This document shows, one piece after another, positions 25,809-36,585 of a stretch of DNA of 64,000 bases. The translations under genes and the position numbers were made by a program. The notes under the pieces are model-generated. The model saw only the letters and a program-made list of their open reading frames with translations. It searched no databases and was not told the DNA's origin. The DNA is from a virus, in the IMG/VR virus record IMGVR_UViG_3300029989_000006, one strand, 5' to 3'. Positions within the stretch are counted from its first letter, which is position 1. Every line of letters begins with the position of its first letter.

Positions 25809-27395
25809 TTAAAGAATTTGATTTATTAATTGTATTTCGTCTGGTAAAAGAATTCTATTCCAGATTGTAAATTTTGATAATAATCCAGATATTGTATATG
25901 ATAATGAATATCTGGAACCAATATACCAATTTTTTGTTCCAGATATTGGTGTACCTGCTGATTGATTTATATTTCCATATAAAATATTATTAATGTATAT
26001 GTTAGTAATACCCAGTGATGTTGACGTTATTAGAACAGTATATGTGGTATTATAATTTAAATTTCCTCCGATTGCACTCGTTATGTTATTATCTCTTGTA
26101 ACACTTAGTATACCACTAAAATATATATATAAACTCCCATTATCAAATATAACTCCATTTGAATGCATTCTAAATTTAAAAGCAATTGTTAAATCTCCAG
26201 ATAAATTATCAATTGGATTATATATAAGTCTAGCTGCTCCATTAAAATACATAGCACCAAGATTACTCTCTGGGGAGAGAATAAATGTAGTAGCAGAGTT
26301 GGTTGCTGTTAGGCTATTGGTCTTATCTACCCATGTGGCAGATGTGAGACCTTCTGCGTTTAAATTCAATACACATCCAGCTTGAATTAATGATGCATTA
26401 TCAATTGATAAATTAGAGACTCCAGACCAAACTGCATATGATAGCGAAGTCCCAACAGCTATAAATAAATCTATAAAAGTTCCATTTCCAGTATGCTGTG
26501 TATAACCCAATGAAGTATTAACTCCTACTGTACCACTTACGTAATTTATACAATCAAATTTATTAATATATCTTTTATCAATAGTCATCAATCCAGCTTG
26601 TTGTAATGTGTTTCCAGCAGTTGTATTAGCTGTCCCACCAGATATTGTCCAACCAACCCCTTTAGACCATATTGTATCTGTTGCGAAATCTCCATTAACT
26701 ACTAGATTAGCCCCAGTTGTTCCTATGATTCTGTCTATCCACTCAATGGGATACTCTGGCTTAGAGTAGTTTATAACTTGCTGAGATGTTAAAGCATAAT
26801 TAAATACTCTGAACATATAAATAGAACCTTTAAAGTAACCAGCCCAAAATCTTCCAATATTATAATCAGTAGCTGTAATATTTACACTTGTACTTAATGA
26901 AATTAATACATGATCTCTTAGTATACCATCCAAATAACAGTCAACATATGAGGATCTTGTAACTATGATTGAAAGTGAATGATTTACTCCAGAAATTATT
27001 GCAGAACTTGCATTAGGAAAATAAAGATTAATATATGTAGTTGGTGTACCTAACTCAAATGTTAACTGTTTATTATAAATCCATAAACCAATTCCATCAC
27101 TTCCAGTAGTTTGGCCAAATAAACCTTGATAAGATAATGCTGTTTTATCTGAAACATTAAAATTTATTATAATAGAAAAATCATTAACACCAAATGGTGG
27201 TAATGAAGATATAATTGATTTTGAGTTTACTCCATTACAATCTAATGCTCTCCTTCCATTACCTTTATTATCAAGAACTGGATAAACAGCAGTATTAGTG
27301 GGAATTGTTCCACTAACTAAATCTCTACCACCACTCCATTCATCTAGGGGTGTGTGAAAAATCATTCCTTTTTGTAGTTCTGCTATTTGTCTCAT
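25809..27395 (-). CDS. LamG/concanavalin-like receptor-binding protein, paralog 3, 528 aa
   Basis: Two LamG3-like units (YLDG...IG...FKGSI..FRVFNYALT) flank a carbohydrate-binding-like unit (NLVVNGDF...W...GW). Confidence 0.75.
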   Translation of the reverse strand: MRQIAELQKGMIFHTPLDEWSGGRDLVSGTIPTNTAVYPVLDNKGNGRRALDCNGVNSKSIISSLPPFGVNDFSIIINFNVSDKTALSYQGLFGQTTGSDGIGLWIYNKQLTFELGTPTTYINLYFPNASSAIISGVNHSLSIIVTRSSYVDCYLDGILRDHVLISLSTSVNITATDYNIGRFWAGYFKGSIYMFRVFNYALTSQQVINYSKPEYPIEWIDRIIGTTGANLVVNGDFATDTIWSKGVGWTISGGTANTTAGNTLQQAGLMTIDKRYINKFDCINYVSGTVGVNTSLGYTQHTGNGTFIDLFIAVGTSLSYAVWSGVSNLSIDNASLIQAGCVLNLNAEGLTSATWVDKTNSLTATNSATTFILSPESNLGAMYFNGAARLIYNPIDNLSGDLTIAFKFRMHSNGVIFDNGSLYIYFSGILSVTRDNNITSAIGGNLNYNTTYTVLITSTSLGITNIYINNILYGNINQSAGTPISGTKNWYIGSRYSLSYTISGLLSKFTIWNRILLPDEIQLINQIL

Positions 27396-29041
27396 TATTG
27401 ATTAAGTATTGTTGTTGCTAATTGTATTTCATCTGTTGAAAGTATTCTATTCCAAATAGTTGGTTTAGATTGTTTTCCAATATAATTTATTGTATTATAT
27501 TGTGATCCTCCAAAATACCATGATGTAACACTTAATGGAGTACCACAATTTGAGTTAGGAGTTCCTACTGATACACCATTAATATAAACGTTAGTTATTC
27601 CAGCAGATGTTGAAGTAATGATTAATATATATGTGGTATTGGGTTGTATTGTTGAAAAAGTAACCCATGTAGTAGCATCTCTCTTAACTTGTATTGCAGT
27701 TAATCCCGCGTATATACTTATACAAAATCCATTAGGTAAAGCCAAAACATATCCACTAGATAAATTTAGAATTGGAATAATTTTCATAGCAAATGTAATG
27801 TCCCCAGTTAATCCATTCATTCCAGTATAAGCAATATTTGCCAAACCATTAAAATTAAAGGCTCCTAAATTACTTGTAGTAGGCATCTGAAATAATGTGG
27901 CACTATTAGTAGCAGTCAATGTGTTGGTCTTATCAATCCATGTTCCAGAAGTTAATCCTTCAGAAGTGAGATCAAGAATTGAACCAACTTGAACACATGA
28001 AATATTATCAATTTGAATATTAAAATTATTTCTTCCATCAAATGCACAAAAACAAGTAGATAAATCAGAAAATCCTTTAGAATATATTCTAACAATACCA
28101 GTTCCAGATAATGTTTGTGCTCCTATATATGATAATCCTGTCCAAAATCCATTAAATAAGCAAGTTCCTGAGTTAACTTTATATTTAAATGATAGTTTAC
28201 ATATTTTTCCAGTATCACCAACTGTTTTATTAAATGTAATTCTTGGTCTTGTGGCACCAGTTCCTTGTGATGAAACCACTAATAATCCATCTTTAAGATC
28301 TGAGATTGGAGAATTTGTGTTAAGTGTCCAAGACGATGTTTCACCACCATCAGATAATAATGTTCCAATAATTCCACTTTCAAAATCTCCACCAGAAATT
28401 GTTTCAGTTAATACTACTCTATCAGCATATTCTATTGCATACTCTGGTTTTGAATAGTTAAGAATTTGTTGATATGATAAAGCATAATTAAAAATTCTAC
28501 ACATTGAGATAGTACCATCAAAATATCCACCAGTTCCAAATAATCTTGTTGATGCTACTGAATAGTCAAAAACATCAGAAAATGAACCACATGCAACATT
28601 GTTTATATAATATGTTCCAATTCCATTATTTCTTACATAAGATATAGCGTATTCTGTATTTGCTACTAATGCTACTATAGACTGAGTAACTTGTCCCACA
28701 CCAATCTTGCTTGACTGAATAAAGCCTGTAGATAGAATGTAAATTTGAAAAGCGTTACTTGCACCACCAATTATATTTCTTAACGACCCAATAGTATTTG
28801 TTTTTATCTTAACTGATACAGAAAAATCATTTGTACCAAAAGCTGGCATAGATGGTAGTGATACATATGAAGATGCACCATCTCCACTTAACCATCTTCT
28901 TCCATTTCCTTCATTATTAATAGTTGGATATGCAGCAGTAATAATACCAGTAGAACCTCCTACTAAATCACGAGCACCCATCCATTCATCAAATGGTGAG
29001 TGAAATATAAGTCCTCGTTGTAAATCTGATATTTGTCTCAT
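27395..29041 (-). CDS. LamG/concanavalin-like receptor-binding protein, paralog 2, 548 aa
   Basis: Same architecture and MRQ.. N-terminus as its neighbours. Confidence 0.75.
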   Translation of the reverse strand: MRQISDLQRGLIFHSPFDEWMGARDLVGGSTGIITAAYPTINNEGNGRRWLSGDGASSYVSLPSMPAFGTNDFSVSVKIKTNTIGSLRNIIGGASNAFQIYILSTGFIQSSKIGVGQVTQSIVALVANTEYAISYVRNNGIGTYYINNVACGSFSDVFDYSVASTRLFGTGGYFDGTISMCRIFNYALSYQQILNYSKPEYAIEYADRVVLTETISGGDFESGIIGTLLSDGGETSSWTLNTNSPISDLKDGLLVVSSQGTGATRPRITFNKTVGDTGKICKLSFKYKVNSGTCLFNGFWTGLSYIGAQTLSGTGIVRIYSKGFSDLSTCFCAFDGRNNFNIQIDNISCVQVGSILDLTSEGLTSGTWIDKTNTLTATNSATLFQMPTTSNLGAFNFNGLANIAYTGMNGLTGDITFAMKIIPILNLSSGYVLALPNGFCISIYAGLTAIQVKRDATTWVTFSTIQPNTTYILIITSTSAGITNVYINGVSVGTPNSNCGTPLSVTSWYFGGSQYNTINYIGKQSKPTIWNRILSTDEIQLATTILNQ

Positions 29042-29042
29042 A

Positions 29043-30641
29043 TTAGAAGGTTTGATTTATTAATGCAATTTGATCTGAAGATAAGATTGTATTCCAAATG
29101 GCAAGTTTATTCATTCTTCCATTGTAAAATCCATTTCCAGCTTGTTGTGCTATATTTAAAGTTGATCCACCATCTACTGGAGTACCAGCAGCTTGATTTG
29201 CAGTTCCACTTAGAACTCCATTAATATAAAAATTTGTTACACCATCAGACTTAGAAGTTATTAGAATAATATTTATGGTATTTAAATTAATACTATTATT
29301 TATTGAAGCAATGGTAGTTGAGCCAGCTCTACTAAATCCTAATCTCATAGTAGTTAGTATATTTATCCAACATTGAGTATTAGAAAATATATACCCAGTT
29401 GTAAGTATAGATATTGGATTAATTATAACTGCTATTGTAATATCTCCAACTAATCCATTCATTCCATTATATACAATTTTTCCAGTACTTCCATTAAAAT
29501 ATGTAGTACCTAAATTGCTAGAACTTGGTAAAATATATTGACATCCAGAATTAGTAGCAGTTAATGAATTAGTCTTATCTACCCAAGTAGATGTTCCCAT
29601 ACCTTCTGAATTTAAATCTAATACACACCCAACTTGAATTAACGATAAATTACTAAAATCTGCATCAGTAGCACTTCCAGATCTTTTTATTGCAAGTGTT
29701 GAAGAAGCAGTAATTATGTATGAATAGGTTCCTGGAATTGCTAATATAGGTATAGTACTAATTCCACCATCAATAGCTAATTGACCTAATCTGTTGGCCA
29801 ATAGTTGTATTGTTAACCTATATTTTTTATTAATTAACCAAATAGCATCTTTATATATCTCTGCAATTGCTCCAGATGTGTTTATATTACAAATACCTCC
29901 AGAAATTGTTACATTACCAAGCTTTGACCAAAAACCAGTGTCAGAAGAGAAATCTCTATCTGCTGAATTAGTAATTAATTCTGTTCCTATAGTACCTATA
30001 ATCCTATCAGCATATTCAATAGCATATTCAGGTTTAATGTAATTAACTATTTGAGTTGGAGTTAGTGCATAATTGAAAATCCTTAACATAGATATTGATC
30101 CTGCAAATCTATTATTAGTAGCATCACCAGAATTAATTCTATTAAAAGTAATTGCTGTACCGCCACTACCCATTGTGATTGTTTGGTGAAATATACCATC
30201 TATATATAATGAAATATTTCCTTTTCCATCTGCAACATAAGCAATAGTAACCCATGTGTTAATAATTGGAACATCAGAAAAATATCCATAAACGAGACTC
30301 TGATTTCTAAATGACCAGACATTTCCTACATAATTAATATTAATACCATCATTATGGACTGAACTTCCTACGAGAAAACTCCAGCCTAATTTACTTGGAT
30401 TAATTTTCAATATAATACTAAATGCGTCTGTGGCTGAAAACGTAATGCTTGGAAATGAGGTATAACTATAAATAGTATTGCTATAATCCAGCCACCTCCT
30501 CCCATTACCTTTATTATCTATTGTTGGATAAATAGTAGTAGGTGTACCTATCGCTCCACTAACAAGATCACGAGTTCCACTCCATTCGTCCAATGGTGCG
30601 TAGAAAATAAGATTTTTTTCTAATTCTGCTAATTGTCTCAT
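29043..30641 (-). CDS. LamG/concanavalin-like receptor-binding protein, paralog 1, 532 aa
   Basis: Start reassigned to MRQLAELEK (30641) by comparison with the paralogs. Confidence 0.75.
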   Translation of the reverse strand: MRQLAELEKNLIFYAPLDEWSGTRDLVSGAIGTPTTIYPTIDNKGNGRRWLDYSNTIYSYTSFPSITFSATDAFSIILKINPSKLGWSFLVGSSVHNDGININYVGNVWSFRNQSLVYGYFSDVPIINTWVTIAYVADGKGNISLYIDGIFHQTITMGSGGTAITFNRINSGDATNNRFAGSISMLRIFNYALTPTQIVNYIKPEYAIEYADRIIGTIGTELITNSADRDFSSDTGFWSKLGNVTISGGICNINTSGAIAEIYKDAIWLINKKYRLTIQLLANRLGQLAIDGGISTIPILAIPGTYSYIITASSTLAIKRSGSATDADFSNLSLIQVGCVLDLNSEGMGTSTWVDKTNSLTATNSGCQYILPSSSNLGTTYFNGSTGKIVYNGMNGLVGDITIAVIINPISILTTGYIFSNTQCWINILTTMRLGFSRAGSTTIASINNSINLNTINIILITSKSDGVTNFYINGVLSGTANQAAGTPVDGGSTLNIAQQAGNGFYNGRMNKLAIWNTILSSDQIALINQTF

Positions 30642-30642
30642 G

Positions 30643-31731
30643 TTATGATTTTGATATGATTCTCCAAGCTGAAGTAACACTATTCCATGCGAATCCTACA
30701 TCTAATCTGACTCCTAGAACTGTAGTAGTAGGCAATGTTATCGTACCTGACGCTTCAAATTTTGCACCCCACGTAATTGCTCTTGCTGTACCATTATCAG
30801 TTATATCAAACCATAATTGATCTCCTTGTAATGGAGTACCAGTTAAATTAGTAGTCATTGATGTAATAGCCTGAGCTAATCCAGTAATATGTACTTGATC
30901 AGTAACATCAGTGTTAATAGTAGGAGTAGCTGACTGAGTTACTGCTGGAGCACGTTGAGTTATTCTTTTATTAGTAAGTGTTTGTACAACCGTTAATCCT
31001 GCAATAGTATCAGTAGCTGGAAAGGTTAATGTTGAAGCATCTACACCAGCAAATGTTAAGCTATTAGAAACATTCAATTTTTTTCCAGTTGCTACAATTA
31101 CTCCTTCATACCAGTAATTCCATGAAGCTATACCAGTACCTCCAGCTACATTTATACACGTAAATGTAGCTGTTGATCCAGCAGCCATAATTATTAACTG
31201 ATTACCACCAGAAGTGTTAACAGTTATAGCACCAGTTGAACTATTTGTAATCCAAAAAGATGCACCATTTCTTAAGGTAGTTACAACTGGTAAAACTAAT
31301 GTTTGAATAAGTGTGCCAGTAAAAAATTGTTGATATGCTGAAGATGAAGTTAACGTAGTTGTACCACTAGCTGTTGCTTGAGTAGTATAACCCTCTAAAA
31401 GATTAGTTACAGAAACTAATGGGTTATTAACACTACCTGCACCATCAGATAATGCTGTTACTTTAAATAAGTCAACACCACCTACAGTTATTATAACACC
31501 ATGCTCAGTTCCAGCAGGTGATAATGCATCTACTGGAATATCAATAAACCTATTAACGCCAGCATTTCTAACATGAAATAATGCATTAATGCCAACTGGT
31601 TGTCCAAATGTTGTAACATTATCTTTTGATAATTTAAATAAATTGGCAATATTTCCTGTATAATCTAAAGCAGTTTGCCATGTATCATTTGCATATGCAA
31701 CTATAGTTGCTAAAAGTACTTTAGGTCTCAT
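30643..31731 (-). CDS. Tail fibre-like protein, 362 aa
   Basis: Thr/Gly/Ala-rich and beta-rich, with QTLTNK and DNGTARAITW motifs. Confidence 0.65.
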   Translation of the reverse strand: MRPKVLLATIVAYANDTWQTALDYTGNIANLFKLSKDNVTTFGQPVGINALFHVRNAGVNRFIDIPVDALSPAGTEHGVIITVGGVDLFKVTALSDGAGSVNNPLVSVTNLLEGYTTQATASGTTTLTSSSAYQQFFTGTLIQTLVLPVVTTLRNGASFWITNSSTGAITVNTSGGNQLIIMAAGSTATFTCINVAGGTGIASWNYWYEGVIVATGKKLNVSNSLTFAGVDASTLTFPATDTIAGLTVVQTLTNKRITQRAPAVTQSATPTINTDVTDQVHITGLAQAITSMTTNLTGTPLQGDQLWFDITDNGTARAITWGAKFEASGTITLPTTTVLGVRLDVGFAWNSVTSAWRIISKS

Positions 31732-31732
31732 A

Positions 31733-32797
31733 TTAAATAGATTTACGTCTTATTTTAACAATACCTGTATTTGTACTTGAACCATATACAACTTTAATTC
31801 TAAATGCGTTACAGTTCATATTATCGAAATCCCAAGCAAATGTTCCATTTGTTGTAACAAAACTTGTAACCATTACATTGTTTTTTACATCATATCCATA
31901 AGCTTGTACTCAATCAGCTCCAGCAAGATCTTCATCTTGTGTTATTTCTACAGTAATTGTTGCAGATGATGCATCAATTAATTTACCAGAAATTGACATA
32001 TCAACAAAACCATTCATTGATAAACCTGTTGATCCTGGATAATATACTGTACCTGCGCCTGTATTGGTTGCATCTACTCCTGATGTAAGTACAGAAAATG
32101 CAGAAGCTTTTATACTATCTGTTGGAATATCAAAACCTTTCTGTTGATAACATAAACCAATCTTATAACTAAGATCTGTTCCTAAAAAAACTGCTAAAGC
32201 AATTCCATTTTTTAAAACAGTAATCACATTGGCGGCAGCAGAAATTGAAATTCCTCCAACTCCATTTTCGTATAATGTCATTACATTAGAAGCATTTGTT
32301 ACTCCTAAAGATCTAATAGATACATTACTACCAAGAGTTATAGATGTTCCACCTACTGTAAATCCTGATGCTGTAAGAGTTGATGCAGTTGTATATACAA
32401 CAGAAAAATCTGTAGGACTCCAATGTGTTGCAGGTAAGTAACTGTGTGCATTTACCATTACATTTTGGGTTCCATTTGTATTATATGAAGGAGTAACACC
32501 ATTAGGATCTACTTGTTGTACTGTAATAACTTTAGTTCCAGTGGTTCTTGCTGTATTAGCATTACTTCACACACTTTGTCATAAATATGACAAATATTTA
32601 AGAATACCAATCTCAGTTGCAGGAGTAGTATCTGTTGATCCATTTTTATCATCAGTAGTACTTCCTAGTGCAATAATTTCACCTTCTACGACTTTAGCGA
32701 CATGTCTATTAACATAGGCATTACCAACAGCCTCAGTACAAGCTAACATACTTCCTATTAAATGGTTATCAATATCTGTTAAAAATTCTATAATCAT
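31733..32797 (-). CDS. Fibre-associated structural protein, 354 aa (code 4)
   Basis: 32579..32797 and 31910..32458 are in frame; reads to TAA at 31733. Confidence 0.65.
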
Positions 32798-32883
32798 AAT
32801 TTTTTTATTTTTAAATTTTTTAAATGGTATATCTATATATTTTTAATAGTTATAAATAAGAATATTTTTAATATTTTTATTAA

Positions 32884-32930
32884 CAAAAATAAGTAAATTC
32901 TTTAAAATAAAATTCAATATTTTAAAAAAT
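32884..32930 (-). promoter_or_regulatory. Late promoter candidate (TATTTTTG plus upstream TTTTTAAAATATT)
   Basis: TAnnTTTG at 32884-32891 in the AT-rich gap ahead of the fibre module. Confidence 0.45.
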
Positions 32931-32997
32931 TATTAATAAATAAGTATATCTTAATTAGACTTTATTATTTTTAATCTTAAAATATGCATAAATTTAT

Positions 32998-34083
32998 TTA
33001 AACTACATAATAACATCTAGCACCAGTTGTTAATCCTGATCATTCTGATTCATCTTGTACTAATGGAATGAGATTATTATTATTATCTTTGGTTTCTGCT
33101 AAATGTTTTGCCAATCATACTTGATCTCCTATTTTTACTGTAGGATATTCCTTTCCATCATTACCAATATATGTGCCAGTATTTATTCCATTATCTTTTA
33201 TTAATCGAATTGATATACCATAATGTACATTTAAAGCACTGTCTGTATAAGCACTTGCATTTGAATAATAACCTAGTTGTGATACATATAATATAGTTGG
33301 ATCACCTATATTAAGTTCAGTACTAGTCCAAATTTGAACTTGGGATCCGTATGCAAATTGAGAACCATTACTTCCTCTACTTGGAGAAGGTAAGAGATTA
33401 AATTCAAAATCATTTGTTGCAGCCGTATTTGGAGTAAGTCAATGAGTAGTACCAACTTCTTTTAAATGTCCCCCAGCAATTAGTGCACCACCAACATTAG
33501 CTAATAATATATCCACATCAGTTCGAGTAGGTATATGTCATCCAGAATTTGCAATATTATTAATAGTTAATCCATTATATTGATATCCATATTCATCAAC
33601 AATATGTGGTACATACTCAGTAGTTGTAAATTGAGTAGTTGAAACTGTTGTAGATTGGGTTGTAGAAACAGTAGTAGATAATGTAGTAGATAATGTAGTT
33701 GAAATAGTAACTTGCGTTGTAGCTTGGGTAGTTATATTAGTAGTTGGTGCTAAAGTAGTTGGTAAAAGTGTAGTTTCTTCAGTAGTTTCTTCAGTAGTTA
33801 AAGATTCTGAAAAACAACCAGATTCATCTACATACTCCGCCTCATTTAAATAACATATATATCTAAAATCAATTCCATCTATTTGTAATTCAATATAATG
33901 TTTAAATGCTTCAAATCTGGTTTCATAATTAATTTGAACCATTGTAGATAATACATTACTCGATATTGTAGGATAATAAACTCCATTAACTGTAAAAGAA
34001 TCCTTACCATCATATGTTATTTTTATTGCATCACTTATTATATTAAAAGTAAGTGACCTTTTTTTACCTGTATATTTATACAT
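32998..34083 (-). CDS. Thr-rich linker plus permuted FISUMP (Fib_succ_major) domain protein, 361 aa (code 4)
   Basis: YGYQYN...GW(TGA)HIPT...AGGHLKEVGTTHW..PN..ATND...ISIRLIKD, then GNDGKEYPTVKIGDQVWLAKHL. Confidence 0.8.
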
Positions 34084-34085
34084 AA

Positions 34086-35003
34086 TTAAAATATTAATTC
34101 CTTAAAATTCTTTTCAGTTTCTCTAATTTCTTTTACAAAATTGTATCCACAATTAGTATCAGATACTTTAATCTCTTGACCAAATGGACTTTTTACATTA
34201 AACTGTGCTTTATAAAAATGAATATCATCAACTTTTGTAATTCCTGCATTATGAAAAATATTTAATTTGTCTCATGAGGAAATCTCACTCGTTGCCCATG
34301 AAAAATCTAATTCTTTTACTACTTTAGTTTCATGACCAAAATATCATGCATTTCATAAAAATGCTCACATACTTGCAGTTCATTTTTGTATAGGATGTTT
34401 AGGATTATATATATTTGAAGTTTCATTCATTAATTTATAAAGATCCTCTGAATCATTATAACACTTATGTCAGTATTCTTCATTTGTTTTTTTAAGAATA
34501 TATTGTGCTCCACCAGTATTTTTATCATTCTTTTCCACTAAAGTAGGATCAATTTTAACAATCTCACACATTCTTTTAAATAATTCAGGACTTTTACTTT
34601 TTATATAAGGAGAATGAAGATAGGATTGTGTATTACTTAAATATCAAATTGCATCTCTATCATATTTTTCTAAATCCATCTTCTTTGTGAAAATAACATC
34701 AGGATCAGTATGAAAAATTGTTTCAGTTTCCATAATATTACTAATCCTACAAAATTTTTCAAATAAATGTGGACTTAAAGAAACAGCATAACCTCTTTTT
34801 TCTCTTTCATCTTTAAATACATAAAATTCAGATTTTAAATCTTTACTTCTAATAATTTTATTTAACTCTGGAGACACTTTATTAGTATATCCAAATAAAT
34901 AAACTACGTCTTGTTCAATTCCCATTTTGCGAAAATTATTAATTTGAACAAGTGTCTGTCATAAGTAATATTTTGTATCAGGAATTGTTAAGATAAATTT
35001 CAT
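34086..35003 (-). CDS. GT-A fold glycosyltransferase resembling peptidyl-Ser galactosyl / Hyp arabinosyl transferases, 305 aa (code 4)
   Basis: YYLWQ, DPDVIF (DxD), GGAQYI, WTASMWAFLWN and IFHNAG motifs; 8 of 9 W are TGA. Family assignment is from memory. Confidence 0.6.
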
Positions 35004-35615
35004 TTATGAACTATATAAATTAGACAAGTCAAATAATAACATAGATTTATCATTATAATATGGATATGCTTCTCTGCAATCTTCATTTATAAGATATATT
35101 GGTTTTAGCTTAAATGGAAGTACTGTTAAATTAATGGGATGTCATTGTCCATCTAAGATTGGATAATTAATCTGTTTAGAGGGAAAACTTGTTGCTAACA
35201 AATATTTACTTCCACTTTGTTGAATATTTTTTATGGCTTTAATAACATTTTGTTCACTTAAATGACCTAAACAATCTCTTACAAAAACTAAATCTGCAAT
35301 AGGTAATTGATCATTTATAATGTCTAAAGTTAAAAATTTTTTATTTGGGTATTTCCATCTATTTTGTAGTACAATATCTTCTACAATATCTGCCCCAGCA
35401 TAACTTATAGTATCTAAATCTAAATTCTTCATCCAATTAAAATCTCCACAAGGAATGTCTAATATAGATTTTATATCATATTTTAAGAATAAAAATGGTA
35501 ATTCCATTCTTAATTTTTTTGTTGCATCTAAACTACTTCCAGTTCCACTTCTACTTTCACTTCCACCCCATTCATTACTTTCAAAAATATTTTTAAATTT
35601 CTCTGATAATTCCAT
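35004..35615 (-). CDS. Class I SAM-dependent methyltransferase, 203 aa (code 4)
   Basis: SGTGS, ILDIPCGDFNW, YAGADIV and DLVFVRDCLGHL; extends through TGA to TAA at 35004. Confidence 0.85.
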
Positions 35616-35619
35616 TTTC

Positions 35620-36582
35620 TTATTTATTTAAGTCTAAAAACTCAATTAACATTTTTTTATAATCTCTTTTTCATTGGGGTTCTAATTGAATATCTCCAAC
35701 AATAATCTCTTTATTTAATCTCTGTTGTTCAATAAACTTTTGATGTTCTATTAATACATTTAACTTTGATTGACTAGACATATGATAATTACCATCCCCT
35801 CAATTATAAATTCAACTAACTTCTTCATTAATAGGATTAGCTCTTACTATATTTTTGGATTCTTTTAATATTTTAGAAGTAAAAGTCATATCATATCCAA
35901 AATTTTCTTTGGCATGTTTTCCAACTTTTTCTCAAATATTTTTACTATAAACTATTCCAGAATTACCTAACGAACATAATTTCTCAATTTGATGTTTCAT
36001 CATAAAGATTCCATTATTTCAATACATTAGATCAGTTCCTTCTATGAAATATTTATAAATATTATCTAAATGATTAGGTAAAGCTATATCATCATCATCT
36101 CATACTACAATTATTTCTCCAGAACACTGTTTTACTGCAAAATTCTCTTTATCCCCAATAGTATCAAAAGTTTTATTCATATTAAAAATTTTAATCTGTG
36201 GATGTTTAAAGAATAATTTTTGTTGTGGATAATCATTTACAATTATTAATTCTTTTGGCCCAATGTATTCTTGTTGTAAAAAAGATTGAATAGATTCTTC
36301 TAAAGATTCTACTCTACCATAAGTAATACATTTACATGAAATTAATGGTAAAGTATTATCTAATTCTTTAAATAATGATAAATTATCATTTTCAGTAAGT
36401 TCTAATTTTTTTATTCCATTTCCAAAAGAGTATTCTAATTCAAGATATTTAATTTGATTTGGCAATGGATCTCCAAATAGATAATTTCCAATTTTTATAT
36501 TTATACTATCTGTATAAATATGTTGGGTAAGAATGTCTTTAACATCCTTACCTCCATATTTTGCCTTTAATATCTTTAACAT
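35620..36582 (-). CDS. GT2 glycosyltransferase with an N-terminal SUEL/DUF3395-like domain, 320 aa (code 4)
   Basis: ISCKCITYGR...ELIIVND...IVVW(TGA)DDDD; N-terminal AKYG...FGDPLPNQIKYL. Confidence 0.85.
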
Positions 36583-36585
36583 ATA

